From an uncultured Gemmatimonadales bacterium (lineage in GTDB: Bacteria > Gemmatimonadota > Gemmatimonadetes > Gemmatimonadales > GWC2-71-9): a DNA stretch of 64,000 nt. Positions 32,155 to 41,600 of this stretch are shown here, piece after piece. A program made the position numbers and the translations under genes. Where the stretch lies: the NCBI GenBank assembly GCA_963828735.1, contig CAWHFW010000005.1, forward strand, positions 1,408,001-1,472,000, in the 5' to 3' direction. The notes under the pieces were generated by a model. The model did not search any database and was not told the origin of the DNA. It saw nothing but the letters and a program-made list of their open reading frames with translations. Position 1 is the first letter of the stretch; each line of letters begins with the position of its first letter.

Positions 32155-33614
32155 TCGCACGGATGTCGTTGGGCATGGCACTGGCCGGCCTGTTCGCGCT
32201 CGGCGGCGGGTGGCCGTCGGCGACCCGGCCACCCGACCGGATCGGGCCTCTGCAGGACACCGCCGCGTCACCCGATCCCCGGCCACCCGAAGCCTGGCTT
32301 CAGGGCGATCCGGCCGACTCCCTCTACCGCGCGGCACGCGAGGCGCTCGACCGGCGCGACTATCGGCGCGCGGCCGATCTCTTCGCCCAGGTGCCCACTC
32401 GGTTCCCGCGGTCCGGCTATGCCGCCGATGCCTACTACTGGCGCGCATTCTCTCTCTACCGCCTGGGGGGCACGGCGCAGCTCAGGACCGCGCTGCAGGC
32501 GCTCGATACGCAGCGCGACCGCTACCCCAAGGCCGCCACCAAGGGCGACGCGAAGGCGCTGGCCGGACGCATCCAGGGCGAGCTCGCCCGGCAGGGCGAC
32601 CCCGACGCCGTCGCGATCGTGACTGCCGCCGCGGAAGACGTCGTTCGCCCGCCGGTCCCGCCGGTCCCTCCGATCGCACCGGCGCCCCCGACTCCTCCGA
32701 CGCCGCCCGTGCCCGGCGACGGTGACGATCGGTGCTCCGACGATGATGACGACACCAAGCTCGCGGCGCTCAATGCGCTGATGCAGATGGACGACGCGCG
32801 CGCCCGGCCGATCCTCCAGAGGGTGCTCGCGCGCCGCGACGCGGGGTCGGTCTGCCTGCGCCGGAAGGCCGTCTTCCTGATCGCCCAGGAGAGCGCGGCG
32901 GGGGCCGAGGACATCCTGCTCGCGTCCGCGCGCACGGATCCCGACCCGGAAGTGCGGGAGCAGGCGGTGTTCTGGCTGTCGCAGGTGGGCACCGACCGAG
33001 CTGTCGGCGCGCTTGATTCGATCCTCCGGACCTCGACCGATCGGGCGCTGCAGGAGAAGGCCGTGTTCGCGCTGTCGCAGCACGGGAGCGAGCGGGCCAG
33101 CCAGGCGCTCCGCACCTACGCCGAGCGCCCGGACCTGCCCCCGGACCTGCGGGAGAAAGCGATCTTCTGGATCGGCCAGAGCGGCGGGAAGGAGAACGAA
33201 GCGTTCCTGCGGGCCCTCTACGGACGGCTCAAGGAGCAGGACCTCCGCAACAAGGTGCTCTTCTCCTTGTCGCAGGCCGGTGGCCCCGAGAACATGCGCT
33301 GGCTGCTCGGCGTGGCGCGCGACAAGACGCAACCCATGGAGTTGAGGAAGCAGGCCCTGTTCTGGGCGGGCCAGGGCGACGCCCCGATGACCGACCTGGC
33401 GAGCCTCTACGGCTCGCTCACCGACCGCGAGATGCGCGAACAGCTGATCTTCGTCTACTCCCAGCGCGACGAGCCCGCGGCGGTGGACAAGCTGCTCGAG
33501 ATCGCGCGGAGCGACCCCGACACCGAGCTCCGGAAGAAAGCGCTGTTCTGGCTCGGCCAGAGCAGCGATCCACGCGCCGCCAAGGCGCTCCAGGACATCA
33601 TCGAGCAGCCATGA
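32151..33614 (+). CDS. Exported TPR + HEAT-repeat protein
   Basis: Signal peptide; TPR-like segment (YAADAYYWRAF), Pro-rich linker, repeated R.QAVFWLSQ units. Confidence 0.85.
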   Translation: MIARMSLGMALAGLFALGGGWPSATRPPDRIGPLQDTAASPDPRPPEAWLQGDPADSLYRAAREALDRRDYRRAADLFAQVPTRFPRSGYAADAYYWRAFSLYRLGGTAQLRTALQALDTQRDRYPKAATKGDAKALAGRIQGELARQGDPDAVAIVTAAAEDVVRPPVPPVPPIAPAPPTPPTPPVPGDGDDRCSDDDDDTKLAALNALMQMDDARARPILQRVLARRDAGSVCLRRKAVFLIAQESAAGAEDILLASARTDPDPEVREQAVFWLSQVGTDRAVGALDSILRTSTDRALQEKAVFALSQHGSERASQALRTYAERPDLPPDLREKAIFWIGQSGGKENEAFLRALYGRLKEQDLRNKVLFSLSQAGGPENMRWLLGVARDKTQPMELRKQALFWAGQGDAPMTDLASLYGSLTDREMREQLIFVYSQRDEPAAVDKLLEIARSDPDTELRKKALFWLGQSSDPRAAKALQDIIEQP

Positions 33615-34360
33615 CCAGGACGATCCTTTCTTGCTGCCTGGTCGCGCTGGCGGCACGACTCGAGGGCCAGACCGTGGCGCAACGCGTCGCGACCGCCCCC
33701 GACGGCACGGTGCGCCTCAGCTTCGCGGCCCGCCGAGGTGTCTGCGGCAACGGCGGCCACAACATTACGATCGTGGACCACGACGAGCACGGGGAGTGGG
33801 AGAGCGATTGTACGCCCGGTCCGGTACGTGTGTCGCTCCGGGTGAAGGGCGGGCGCGTGTCCGATGCGCACGCGTACGTCGGCGGCCGGTGGCGCCCGGC
33901 GCAAGGTCAGACGACCGACCTGGGCACGGTGTCCGCCCCCCAGGCGGCCTCGGACCTACTCACGCTGGCCGAACGGGCGGACGGCGACGCGGATGGACTG
34001 GTCACCGCGGCCACGCTGGCGGACAGCGCGGTCGTCTGGCCCGCCCTTCTCGGGCTGGCCAGGCGGGAGGACGTCGCGCTCGAGACGCGTCGGCAGGCGG
34101 TCTTCTGGCTCGGCCAGGCGGCCGGTGAAGCGGCGACTCGAGGCCTGGACTCGATCACCGCCGACGAGAGCGGCGACCTCGAGGTCCGGAAGCAGGCGGT
34201 GTTCGCACTGTCGCAACGCCCCGCCGACGAGGGCGTGCCGGCGCTCATCCGCGTCGCGCGCACGAACCCGAACGGCGAAATCCGGAAAAGCGCGCTCTTC
34301 TGGCTGGGACAGAGCGAGGACCCGCGAGCGCTCGCGCTGTTCGAGGATCTCCTCCGGTAG
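33611..34360 (+). CDS. Exported HEAT-repeat protein
   Basis: Signal peptide; RRQAVFWLGQ, RKQAVFALSQ, RKSALFWLGQ. ATGA overlap. Confidence 0.85.
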   Translation: MTRTILSCCLVALAARLEGQTVAQRVATAPDGTVRLSFAARRGVCGNGGHNITIVDHDEHGEWESDCTPGPVRVSLRVKGGRVSDAHAYVGGRWRPAQGQTTDLGTVSAPQAASDLLTLAERADGDADGLVTAATLADSAVVWPALLGLARREDVALETRRQAVFWLGQAAGEAATRGLDSITADESGDLEVRKQAVFALSQRPADEGVPALIRVARTNPNGEIRKSALFWLGQSEDPRALALFEDLLR

Positions 34361-34410
34361 CGCCTTGGGCGGCGATGAGTCGCCGCCCGCCCCTCCATTA
34401 CATTCCCCGC

Positions 34411-35487
34411 ATGCGGGCTGCCCCCCAGGCGATCCTCGCCGTTTTGCTGCTTCCCGGCTGTGGCGAGAAAGCCCCGCCCGCGCCGGTCGTGACCCTCGTG
34501 GCGGCGCACGACACGGTCCAGACGGCGCTCACGGATGTGACGACCGGCGCGTGGCTGGGCGGAGCCCGATGGGCGGTGCTCGCCCCACCCGATGAGCGCG
34601 TGCTCGTTGCCGACATGGCGAAGCATGCCGCTGCTCCGCTCGGCGCGGGCGGCAAGGACCTGCGCAACCCGTCCACGCTCTTCCGCGCGGGAGACACGCT
34701 GTATGTTGGGGACTGGGGACTGCGCCGCACGTCCCGGTGGACCCTCGACGGGCGCTTCGCCGGCGCGATCCCCACGACGGACGCGGTACGAGGCGTCCTT
34801 CCCCACGCCCGCGATGCCGAGGGCCGGTTCTACCTGGAGCTCCGCCCGCACCCCGGGTCCGATGGTCAGGGGAACCGCGACTCGGCCACGGTCGTCCGGA
34901 CGCCGTCCGGATTCGAGCGGATGGACACCATCGCGCTGCTGGCCCCGCTCGACATCGCCGAGGTGGCCAGCGACGCTGGCCGGCGCTTTGAGCGGCGCGT
35001 GTTCAGTGGGGTGGACCAGTGGGGCGCGCTGCCCGACGGATCGCTGTGGGTGGGGCGGGTCTACGAGAATCGGGTCGACTGGCGGAATCCCGCGGGCCAG
35101 TGGACCCGCGGCGATCCTCTGCCCGACCGGGTGCTCGAGGTGACCCGCTACGATCGCGAGCTCTTCGTCCGCCGGTTTCCGCCCGAGCTTCGCAGCACGG
35201 CCGAGCAGCTTCCGTTCGCTCCCGTGAAACCGCCGTTCGAGGCCGGGCTCACTAGCCCGGCGGGAGATGCGTGGCTGGAGAAGAGCCGCGCACCCGTCGA
35301 TTCGAGTCGCCGCTACCACGTGGTGGACCGCCGCGGCCGGCTGCGGGAGGAGATCCGGGTCCCGGGTTCCGGGCGTATCATCGCGGTCGGGACGGACGCC
35401 GCGCTGGTCGCCGAGCCGTCCCGCGACGGCGTCCGACTGATGCGATTCGACCTTCCGGCCCACGCGGCCGACAGCACGCCACACTAG
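34411..35487 (+). CDS. Putative beta-propeller lipoprotein
   Basis: Lipobox LPGC; beta-rich; PDGSLWVGRVYENRVDW is shared with the next gene. Confidence 0.7.
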   Translation: MRAAPQAILAVLLLPGCGEKAPPAPVVTLVAAHDTVQTALTDVTTGAWLGGARWAVLAPPDERVLVADMAKHAAAPLGAGGKDLRNPSTLFRAGDTLYVGDWGLRRTSRWTLDGRFAGAIPTTDAVRGVLPHARDAEGRFYLELRPHPGSDGQGNRDSATVVRTPSGFERMDTIALLAPLDIAEVASDAGRRFERRVFSGVDQWGALPDGSLWVGRVYENRVDWRNPAGQWTRGDPLPDRVLEVTRYDRELFVRRFPPELRSTAEQLPFAPVKPPFEAGLTSPAGDAWLEKSRAPVDSSRRYHVVDRRGRLREEIRVPGSGRIIAVGTDAALVAEPSRDGVRLMRFDLPAHAADSTPH

Positions 35488-35522
35488 TCACCATCACCCG
35501 TTCAGGCCCGGAGGTTCACCGC

Positions 35523-36626
35523 ATGAGGCTGGCCCCGACGTTCTGTGCCATTCTGCTGATCGCCCTCGGATGCTCGCGCGCCGAGAGTCAGGCCGGCCTT
35601 ACGCTCGAGAAGAAGCTGCCGGTCAGCTTTGCCCAGCTGAGCAACGTGGTCGAGCTGGCCAACGGGCGCGTCGCTTTCGCCGATACCAAGGCGAAGCTCT
35701 TCCTCCAGGCGGACCTGCAGACCGGCAAGGTGGATACAGTCGGCACGCGCGTGGACTCACTGATCGCCAACGCGCCGCCCGAGCACTACAAGTTCCCGGG
35801 CTGGGTGGCGCACCTGGCAGGCGACACGGTCGCACTCGTGGACTTCAGCGCCCTGCGGACCACCCTCTGGAACGAGACGGGCAAGCCGCTCGGCGTGCTA
35901 CCGATCGTGGAGGCAGCCGGGCAGGCGCCGGTCCTGGTGTATGACACCATCGGGAACGGGTACAAGGTGGACTACCAGGCGGTCCTCGGCGGCGGGGAGC
36001 CGGGCAAGATTGTCCGCCCGGACAGCGTGCCGGTGCTGCGGATCGGGCTCAAGTCAGGGAAGGTGGATACGGTCGCGAACCTCGCCTCGCCCGACTTCGG
36101 CGACGCCATGTTCGGCGAGCAGGCGCAGCAGGCTGTGAAGGTGTTCGCTCCCAACGACTTCTTCGGCGTGCTTCCGAACGGGACGGCGTGGCTGGCACGG
36201 GGCCACGAGAACCGGGTGGACTGGCGCGCACCGAGCGGCACGTGGACGACGGGCAAGACGCACGAGTATGCCAAGCAGCCCGTGACCCAGGCCGATCGCG
36301 ACCGCGTGCTGGCTCAGGTGCGCGAGCACGGCAAGCAGTTCGGCATGCCGCAGGATCTGCCGATCCAGTATCCCTTCGCCGACAACAAGCCGCCGTTCGA
36401 TTTCGCGCTGGGCCGGCCCAATGGCGAGGTCTGGCTCCAGCGCCCGCGTGCGAAGGAGGATGCTCCGGTCACCTACGATGTGTTCAACCGGAAGGGCGCG
36501 TGGGAACGGGCGGTGGAGTTTCCCATCGGGGCATCGCTGGCGGGGTTCGGGGAGAAGGGGGCGGTCTACGCGTCGATCAAGGAGAAGGACGGCTCGCGGA
36601 CGGTGGGGCGGTTTGCACTGAAGTAG
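35523..36626 (+). CDS. Putative beta-propeller lipoprotein (paralog of the previous gene)
   Basis: Lipobox ALGC; PNGTAWLARGHENRVDW, PFADNKPPF. RBS GGAGG. Confidence 0.75.
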   Translation: MRLAPTFCAILLIALGCSRAESQAGLTLEKKLPVSFAQLSNVVELANGRVAFADTKAKLFLQADLQTGKVDTVGTRVDSLIANAPPEHYKFPGWVAHLAGDTVALVDFSALRTTLWNETGKPLGVLPIVEAAGQAPVLVYDTIGNGYKVDYQAVLGGGEPGKIVRPDSVPVLRIGLKSGKVDTVANLASPDFGDAMFGEQAQQAVKVFAPNDFFGVLPNGTAWLARGHENRVDWRAPSGTWTTGKTHEYAKQPVTQADRDRVLAQVREHGKQFGMPQDLPIQYPFADNKPPFDFALGRPNGEVWLQRPRAKEDAPVTYDVFNRKGAWERAVEFPIGASLAGFGEKGAVYASIKEKDGSRTVGRFALK

Positions 36627-36760
36627 AGTCCTCGCTCGCACGAGTCCCAGGCAAGCATCATCTCGAGCGAAGCGAGGGGACCTCTCCGGGTGGTGCCGGG
36701 AACATCGCCACGTTCCCGAGCTCTGCTGACGTCATCTGCCGTCATCTGCGCCGGTGGAGG

Positions 36761-37486
36761 TCAGTCCAGGATCGGCGGCTCGTCTCCTGGCGGCGTGTTC
36801 GGGCCCTGGCGATCGGTCCGGCGGCGATCGCGCCGCCGGCCCTCCTCGTACCAACGGCGGGTGATCTCTCCCGCCAGGTCCCGATTGCCCAATCCGAACG
36901 CGAGACCAACGGCGAGGGCCACCGCGCCCAGCGTCAGCGTGAACGCGGCGGTGACGATCTCCTCCGCGACCCCCACCTGCTGCAGCGCCATGAACACCGC
37001 AATCACGACCACCGCGCCCTTCGCCATCTTGGCCACGGTCGGCACGCCGGACACGGTGCCGGCGGAGGCGAGGATCAGGCCGCGGACGAACTCGCCCAGG
37101 ATCATCCCGAGAATCACGATGACGATCCCGGCGATGAGCGTCGGAATGAAGGCCAGCATGGTTCCGAACATCTGATTGATGCTCTCGAGACCGAGCGCCG
37201 TGCTCGCGAGCAGGATCACAACCAGCATCACCAGCCAGAAGATCAGCTTCGCGAGGGCCCGCACCGGATCGAGTCGGGAGCCGGTGCGCACGACCACCTC
37301 GTCGAGCCCACCTGCCGCAGCGACCCGGTTGAAGTCGAGGCGCTTGAGCGTATCGTCCGCCCAACGCTGGATCTGCCGCGCCAGGAAGTAGCCGGTGAGC
37401 AGGATCACGGCCGCGCCGACGAGCGCGGGCACCACGGAGCCGATCTGATCGGCGCCGATGCGGAGTCGCTCCCAGAGTTCGTTCAC
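36761..37486 (-). CDS. CmpX/MscS TM-helix repeat membrane protein
   Basis: VPALVGAAVILLTGY, FIPTLIAGIVIV, ALQQVGVA, GLAFGLG. GTGA overlap. Confidence 0.8.
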   Translation of the reverse strand: MNELWERLRIGADQIGSVVPALVGAAVILLTGYFLARQIQRWADDTLKRLDFNRVAAAGGLDEVVVRTGSRLDPVRALAKLIFWLVMLVVILLASTALGLESINQMFGTMLAFIPTLIAGIVIVILGMILGEFVRGLILASAGTVSGVPTVAKMAKGAVVVIAVFMALQQVGVAEEIVTAAFTLTLGAVALAVGLAFGLGNRDLAGEITRRWYEEGRRRDRRRTDRQGPNTPPGDEPPILD

Positions 37487-38520
37487 GTTGCCACCTCGAT
37501 CACGAGTTTCCCCATCTGCTCGCCACGTTGCAGCCGGGCGAACGCCTCCGTCGCCCGGTCCATGGGCACGGTGGCGTCGACCACCGGCCACAGCAGCCCT
37601 TCGTGGGCGAGCGCCACGATGGATTGATACTCACGGTGGCTGCCCAGGGTAGAGCCCAGGATACTCCACTGGTGCCAGAAGAGCCGTCGCAGATCGAGTT
37701 GGATCATCGGCCCCGTGGTGGCACCGCAGATCACGAGCCGGCCGCCGCGCCGCATCGCGCGGAGCGAGTCCTGCCACCGGGTCTGGCCGATGCTATCGAC
37801 CACCACGTCGGCCCCGCGGCCGTCGGTGCACCGCCGGACCTCGGCGACGACGTCCTGCGTCGCGTGATTCACCGTCTCGTCGGCGCCGTGCCGCCGGGCA
37901 ATTTCGAGCTTCGCGTCCGATCCGCTGGTCACGAGGACCCGGGCTCCGAGGTGCCGTGCGATCTGGAGCGCGGCCATCGCGACGCCCCCGCCGATGCCCC
38001 AGACGAGCACCGTCTCGCCCGGCTGGAGCGCGGCCCGCGTGACGAGCATCCGCCACGCCGTGAGGGTCGCGAGCGAAAACGCCGCCGCCTGCGCCCACGG
38101 CATCCCGGGTGGCACGGGCGCCAGGTTGACGGCGGGCACGACCACGAACTCCGCCGCCGTGCCCGGCCGGTGCTCGCCGACCACGCGGAAGGTCGAGCAT
38201 AGCGACTCCTCGCCGGCCTGGCAGGCCGAGCAGGCGCCGCAGGAGGTGCCGGGATTGATCATGACCCGGTCGCCCACGCCAACGGTGGTCACGTCGCGTC
38301 CCACGGCCTCGACGATGCCGGCGCCATCCGAGCCCACGATGTGCGGAAAGCTGTACCTCACGCCGGGCAGGCCGTCGGCGACGAAGAGATCGAGGCGGTT
38401 GAGCGCGGCGGCGCGGATCCGGACCAGCGCGTCGCCGGGCGCGTCGAGCGGAGGACGCGGCAGCTCTCGCAGCGCGAGATGCTCGAGCCCGCCGATCCCG
38501 TCGAGGGCGAGCGCTTTCAT
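37483..38520 (-). CDS. Zinc-binding alcohol dehydrogenase family (MDR)
   Basis: ALNRLD, GSDGAG, CGACSAC..C structural Zn, WGIGGGV, CGATTG. Confidence 0.9.
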   Translation of the reverse strand: MKALALDGIGGLEHLALRELPRPPLDAPGDALVRIRAAALNRLDLFVADGLPGVRYSFPHIVGSDGAGIVEAVGRDVTTVGVGDRVMINPGTSCGACSACQAGEESLCSTFRVVGEHRPGTAAEFVVVPAVNLAPVPPGMPWAQAAAFSLATLTAWRMLVTRAALQPGETVLVWGIGGGVAMAALQIARHLGARVLVTSGSDAKLEIARRHGADETVNHATQDVVAEVRRCTDGRGADVVVDSIGQTRWQDSLRAMRRGGRLVICGATTGPMIQLDLRRLFWHQWSILGSTLGSHREYQSIVALAHEGLLWPVVDATVPMDRATEAFARLQRGEQMGKLVIEVAT

Positions 38521-38533
38521 GGCCGGCGCTCCC

Positions 38534-40753
38534 TCAGAACGAGGGGCTCAGCACCTGCTCGCCGGGGTGCAGCGGCACGAGCACCGGTGTACTGCGGGCC
38601 ACCAGCGGCTGGATGCGCAGCGAGAGTTGCGACTTGCCCTTGCCCGCCTCGGCTACCTTGCCCGCGACATAGGCGATGCGCTCGCCGTCGGGCGAGACGT
38701 CGAGCGTCACCACCGGTTGATCGATCTCGAGCAAGGGGAGCGGCGCCGTCCCGCTCCCGGCCGCCAGACGCATGAGACGCGCCTTGTTGCCCTTGTCGAT
38801 CACGTAGATCAGGTCGCCGGTCGGGAGGTAGCGGGGATTCCCCTCGCGGTCGCCGCTCTTGGTGAGTCGCCGCGTCTCGCCGCCGCCGAGATCGACCTCG
38901 TAGATCTCCGGATTGCCGTCCCGCGTCGAGACGAACGCGACCCGCCGCCCGTCGGGGGACACGTCGGGCGCCCGGTTGCCGCCGGTGGAGGACGTCAGTG
39001 GGCGCGGGTCGGTACCGTCGGCGCGCACGCTCACGAGCTGAGACGAGCCTCCCTGCGGCGTCGCGGTGTAGACGAGGCGCGTGCCGTCCGGGGTCCACAC
39101 CGGCTCCTCTTCCGCGCCCGGATCGGTGGTGATCCGGCGAACGTTGCGACCGTCCGCGTCCATGACATACAGATCGGGGCTGCCGCTCCTGCTCGAGCTG
39201 AACGCGATCCTGGTCCGATCGGGCGAGCGCACCGCCTGGACCGCGCCCCCGGCATCGACCAGCACCGGGAGAAGCGTGTCCGGGCTGTCGGATCGGAGCT
39301 GGTAGATCCCGAAAGCGCCGGCGCGTGTCGACGCCACGAGCAGGTCGGCGGTCACGAAGACGTCGGCCGTCACGGTCTTGCCCCACGGCGCGGCGGCGGT
39401 CACCACCGCATGGCCGGGGCTCACTCCCCGGACCTCGCCGGCGCTCACCGCCGCGATGTCCGCGTGGTCGCTGCTCCATTGGACGGCTGCGGGGCCGATG
39501 GGCTTGTTGTTGTCGTCCCGCAGGGTCGCGGCGAGAGTCGTCCGCTCGCCGGGTCCGAGGCCGATGCGGGGCCGATCGAGACTGAGGACGCCAGGGACCA
39601 CCTGGACGCGCCACACCACGGGATCGAAGGCGCGGAGGCCCACGGTGAGCGTCGTCGCCCCGGTGTCGCGCGCCGTCAGCGTCCCGGTAGCGCGATCGAA
39701 CCCGGCCACCCCCGTGTCACCCACCGTCCACGCGATTCGCGCCTCGGGAATCGGCGTGCTGTCCGCCGCCTGGGCGACGGCACTGAACTGGCGGACCGAG
39801 TGCAAAGGGACCTGCATCGGATCGGCCATCGGCTTGGGCGAGACCACCAGCCTCTGTGCCAGCCGGTGAACGAGCAGCGCCGTTCGGCGCTCCTGGCCGA
39901 AGCCGCGCATGACGATTTCCGTGCGACCCGGCGCCCGCGCCGTCACGATGCCCGTCGAGTCCACCGAGGCGACGGCGGTGTCGGCCGATTGCCACTGCAC
40001 GCCCCCCCGAATGCCGCGGTTGCTCTGCGAGGGGACACGCACGCTCAGGGTTTCCGCGTCCTCCGGCCCCAAGACCCCGCTCGCGCCGGCGAGCGCGATG
40101 TCCGCCGATTCGACCTCGACGGGCAGTGTGGCCATGAGGCCTCCGGTCGCGCTGGCCTCCACGATGCTCTTGCCGGGCGTCACGCCGGTCACGAGCCCGG
40201 TGCTGTCTACCGTGGCCACCTCGGGCTTGAGCGATTTCCAGATCACCCGTCCCACCGCGCCAGCCGACCCGTCCTCGTGCAGCGCCTGGGGCGTGACCAG
40301 GATGGTCTCGCCCGGGAGCAGCATGGCCGTGGTCGGATCGAGCGTGAGAAGGGCGCCGCCCGTGCCCCCGCCCGCTCCTGCGCCCGTGATCAATACCGCC
40401 AACGACGCCCGGCGGCCCTGGGTGCGCGCTTCGACCTTCGCGAGGCCGGCGGCGATGCCCAGCACGTTGCCGTCGCGCGAGACCCGCGCGATGGCCGTGT
40501 CCGAGCTCCAGAAGGTGAACTTGGCCGACGGGATCAGGTTGCCCTGCCGGTCATACGCCGTGGCGAAGATCGGCTGCCTCTGACCGACGGCGAGCGTCAT
40601 CGTCTCGGGCGTGACCTGGACCTCGCTCGCGGTCTGGGCCTGGAGAGGTGCGGCCAGGCCGACCGCGAGGACGAGCCCCCTGGCCGCAAGACGGACGGGA
40701 CGCTTCGGACGCCGGAACCCGTGGCAGTCCGTTGGCAATCGGAGAGATGTCAC
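38534..40753 (-). CDS. Exported protein with Big_2 Ig-like repeats and a TolB-like (PD40) propeller; start uncertain
   Basis: Repeated W.S.DTA.A.V...G.V.A...G units; SPDRTRIAFSS, TPDG, SPDG repeats; signal peptide ending LQA-Q. Confidence 0.85.
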   Translation of the reverse strand: MTSLRLPTDCHGFRRPKRPVRLAARGLVLAVGLAAPLQAQTASEVQVTPETMTLAVGQRQPIFATAYDRQGNLIPSAKFTFWSSDTAIARVSRDGNVLGIAAGLAKVEARTQGRRASLAVLITGAGAGGGTGGALLTLDPTTAMLLPGETILVTPQALHEDGSAGAVGRVIWKSLKPEVATVDSTGLVTGVTPGKSIVEASATGGLMATLPVEVESADIALAGASGVLGPEDAETLSVRVPSQSNRGIRGGVQWQSADTAVASVDSTGIVTARAPGRTEIVMRGFGQERRTALLVHRLAQRLVVSPKPMADPMQVPLHSVRQFSAVAQAADSTPIPEARIAWTVGDTGVAGFDRATGTLTARDTGATTLTVGLRAFDPVVWRVQVVPGVLSLDRPRIGLGPGERTTLAATLRDDNNKPIGPAAVQWSSDHADIAAVSAGEVRGVSPGHAVVTAAAPWGKTVTADVFVTADLLVASTRAGAFGIYQLRSDSPDTLLPVLVDAGGAVQAVRSPDRTRIAFSSSRSGSPDLYVMDADGRNVRRITTDPGAEEEPVWTPDGTRLVYTATPQGGSSQLVSVRADGTDPRPLTSSTGGNRAPDVSPDGRRVAFVSTRDGNPEIYEVDLGGGETRRLTKSGDREGNPRYLPTGDLIYVIDKGNKARLMRLAAGSGTAPLPLLEIDQPVVTLDVSPDGERIAYVAGKVAEAGKGKSQLSLRIQPLVARSTPVLVPLHPGEQVLSPSF

Positions 40754-40890
40754 CGGCAGTGATGTCCGGGAAAGAGGAGGTGTGCGATAATAATAGCGCA
40801 CGCCGGGCGAGGTCGCATCGGAGGCCTCCGGCGGCGCGCCGGGATCGAGGTACCCGGGAAAGCGCGGAATGCCGGCCTCGATGTGCGCCG

Positions 40891-40919
40891 TAACACTATT
40901 GGCCACAAAGTGTTATACT
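40891..40919 (+). promoter_or_regulatory. Inverted repeat overlapping an extended -10 upstream of the histone-like gene
   Basis: TAACACT-N11-AGTGTTA overlapping TG-T-TATACT. Confidence 0.4.
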
Positions 40920-41124
40920 GGCGGACAACACCCTTGAGGAGCGGCCGCGGGCGACGGCATTCCAGCGCACGCCATCAGGATCGGTCTGCGTCGGGTGTGC
41001 GTGTTTCGAGCCTTGCAGAAGGCATCAAGATGTGCATGTTATATCAGCATTCATCCACCCCAGCACAGGCGCACGCGGGTCACCGCCGATGATTGCGCCG
41101 CACCTGCGATCGGAGGAAGCGAAG

Positions 41125-41589
41125 ATGGCCGAGCTTCATTATATGGAAATGGGCTGGTCCGGCTCCGGCTGGATGGATCCGTTGCCGACGGACCCGCCGG
41201 CCCCAACCACACCTCCGGCCGCGCCAGCGCCTGCCGCCAGGTCCACGGCGCGGGCCGGCGCCGCCATGCCGCCGACCACCGCGGCCAAGCCCACGCGGAA
41301 GGCCGCGCCCTCGGCCAGCAAGAAGGCGCCGAAGAAGGCCGCCAAGAAGGCCGCCAAGAAGGCTGCCAAGAAGGCCGCGGCAAAGGGTGCGAAAAAGGCC
41401 GCGAAGAAGGCCGCCAAGAAGAGCGCAAAGAAATCCGTGAAGAGGATCGTACGGCGGGCGAAGCGGGGCGCGAAGCGCGCAGTCCGGCGCGCGAAGAGGG
41501 TGGCGAAGCGGGGGGCGAGAAAGTCCGTCCGGCGGGCGAAGAAAGCGACGCGGGGCGCGAAGAGGGCCGCCAGGCGCCGCCGTCGCTGA
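41125..41589 (+). CDS. Histone H1-like/protamine-like basic protein
   Basis: RBS GGAGG; Pro/Ala linker, (KKAA)n encoded by 12-bp tandem repeats, Arg-rich tail ending RRRRR. Confidence 0.75.
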   Translation: MAELHYMEMGWSGSGWMDPLPTDPPAPTTPPAAPAPAARSTARAGAAMPPTTAAKPTRKAAPSASKKAPKKAAKKAAKKAAKKAAAKGAKKAAKKAAKKSAKKSVKRIVRRAKRGAKRAVRRAKRVAKRGARKSVRRAKKATRGAKRAARRRRR

Positions 41590-41600
41590 GCCAGGTCGCG

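Noticed and set aside
37994..40762. Long antisense ORFs (922 aa here; also 23637-26015, 26530-28668, 44668-47022, 4435-6270)
   Set aside because: Shadow frames of well-supported genes on the opposite strand in high-GC DNA; no recognisable motifs.
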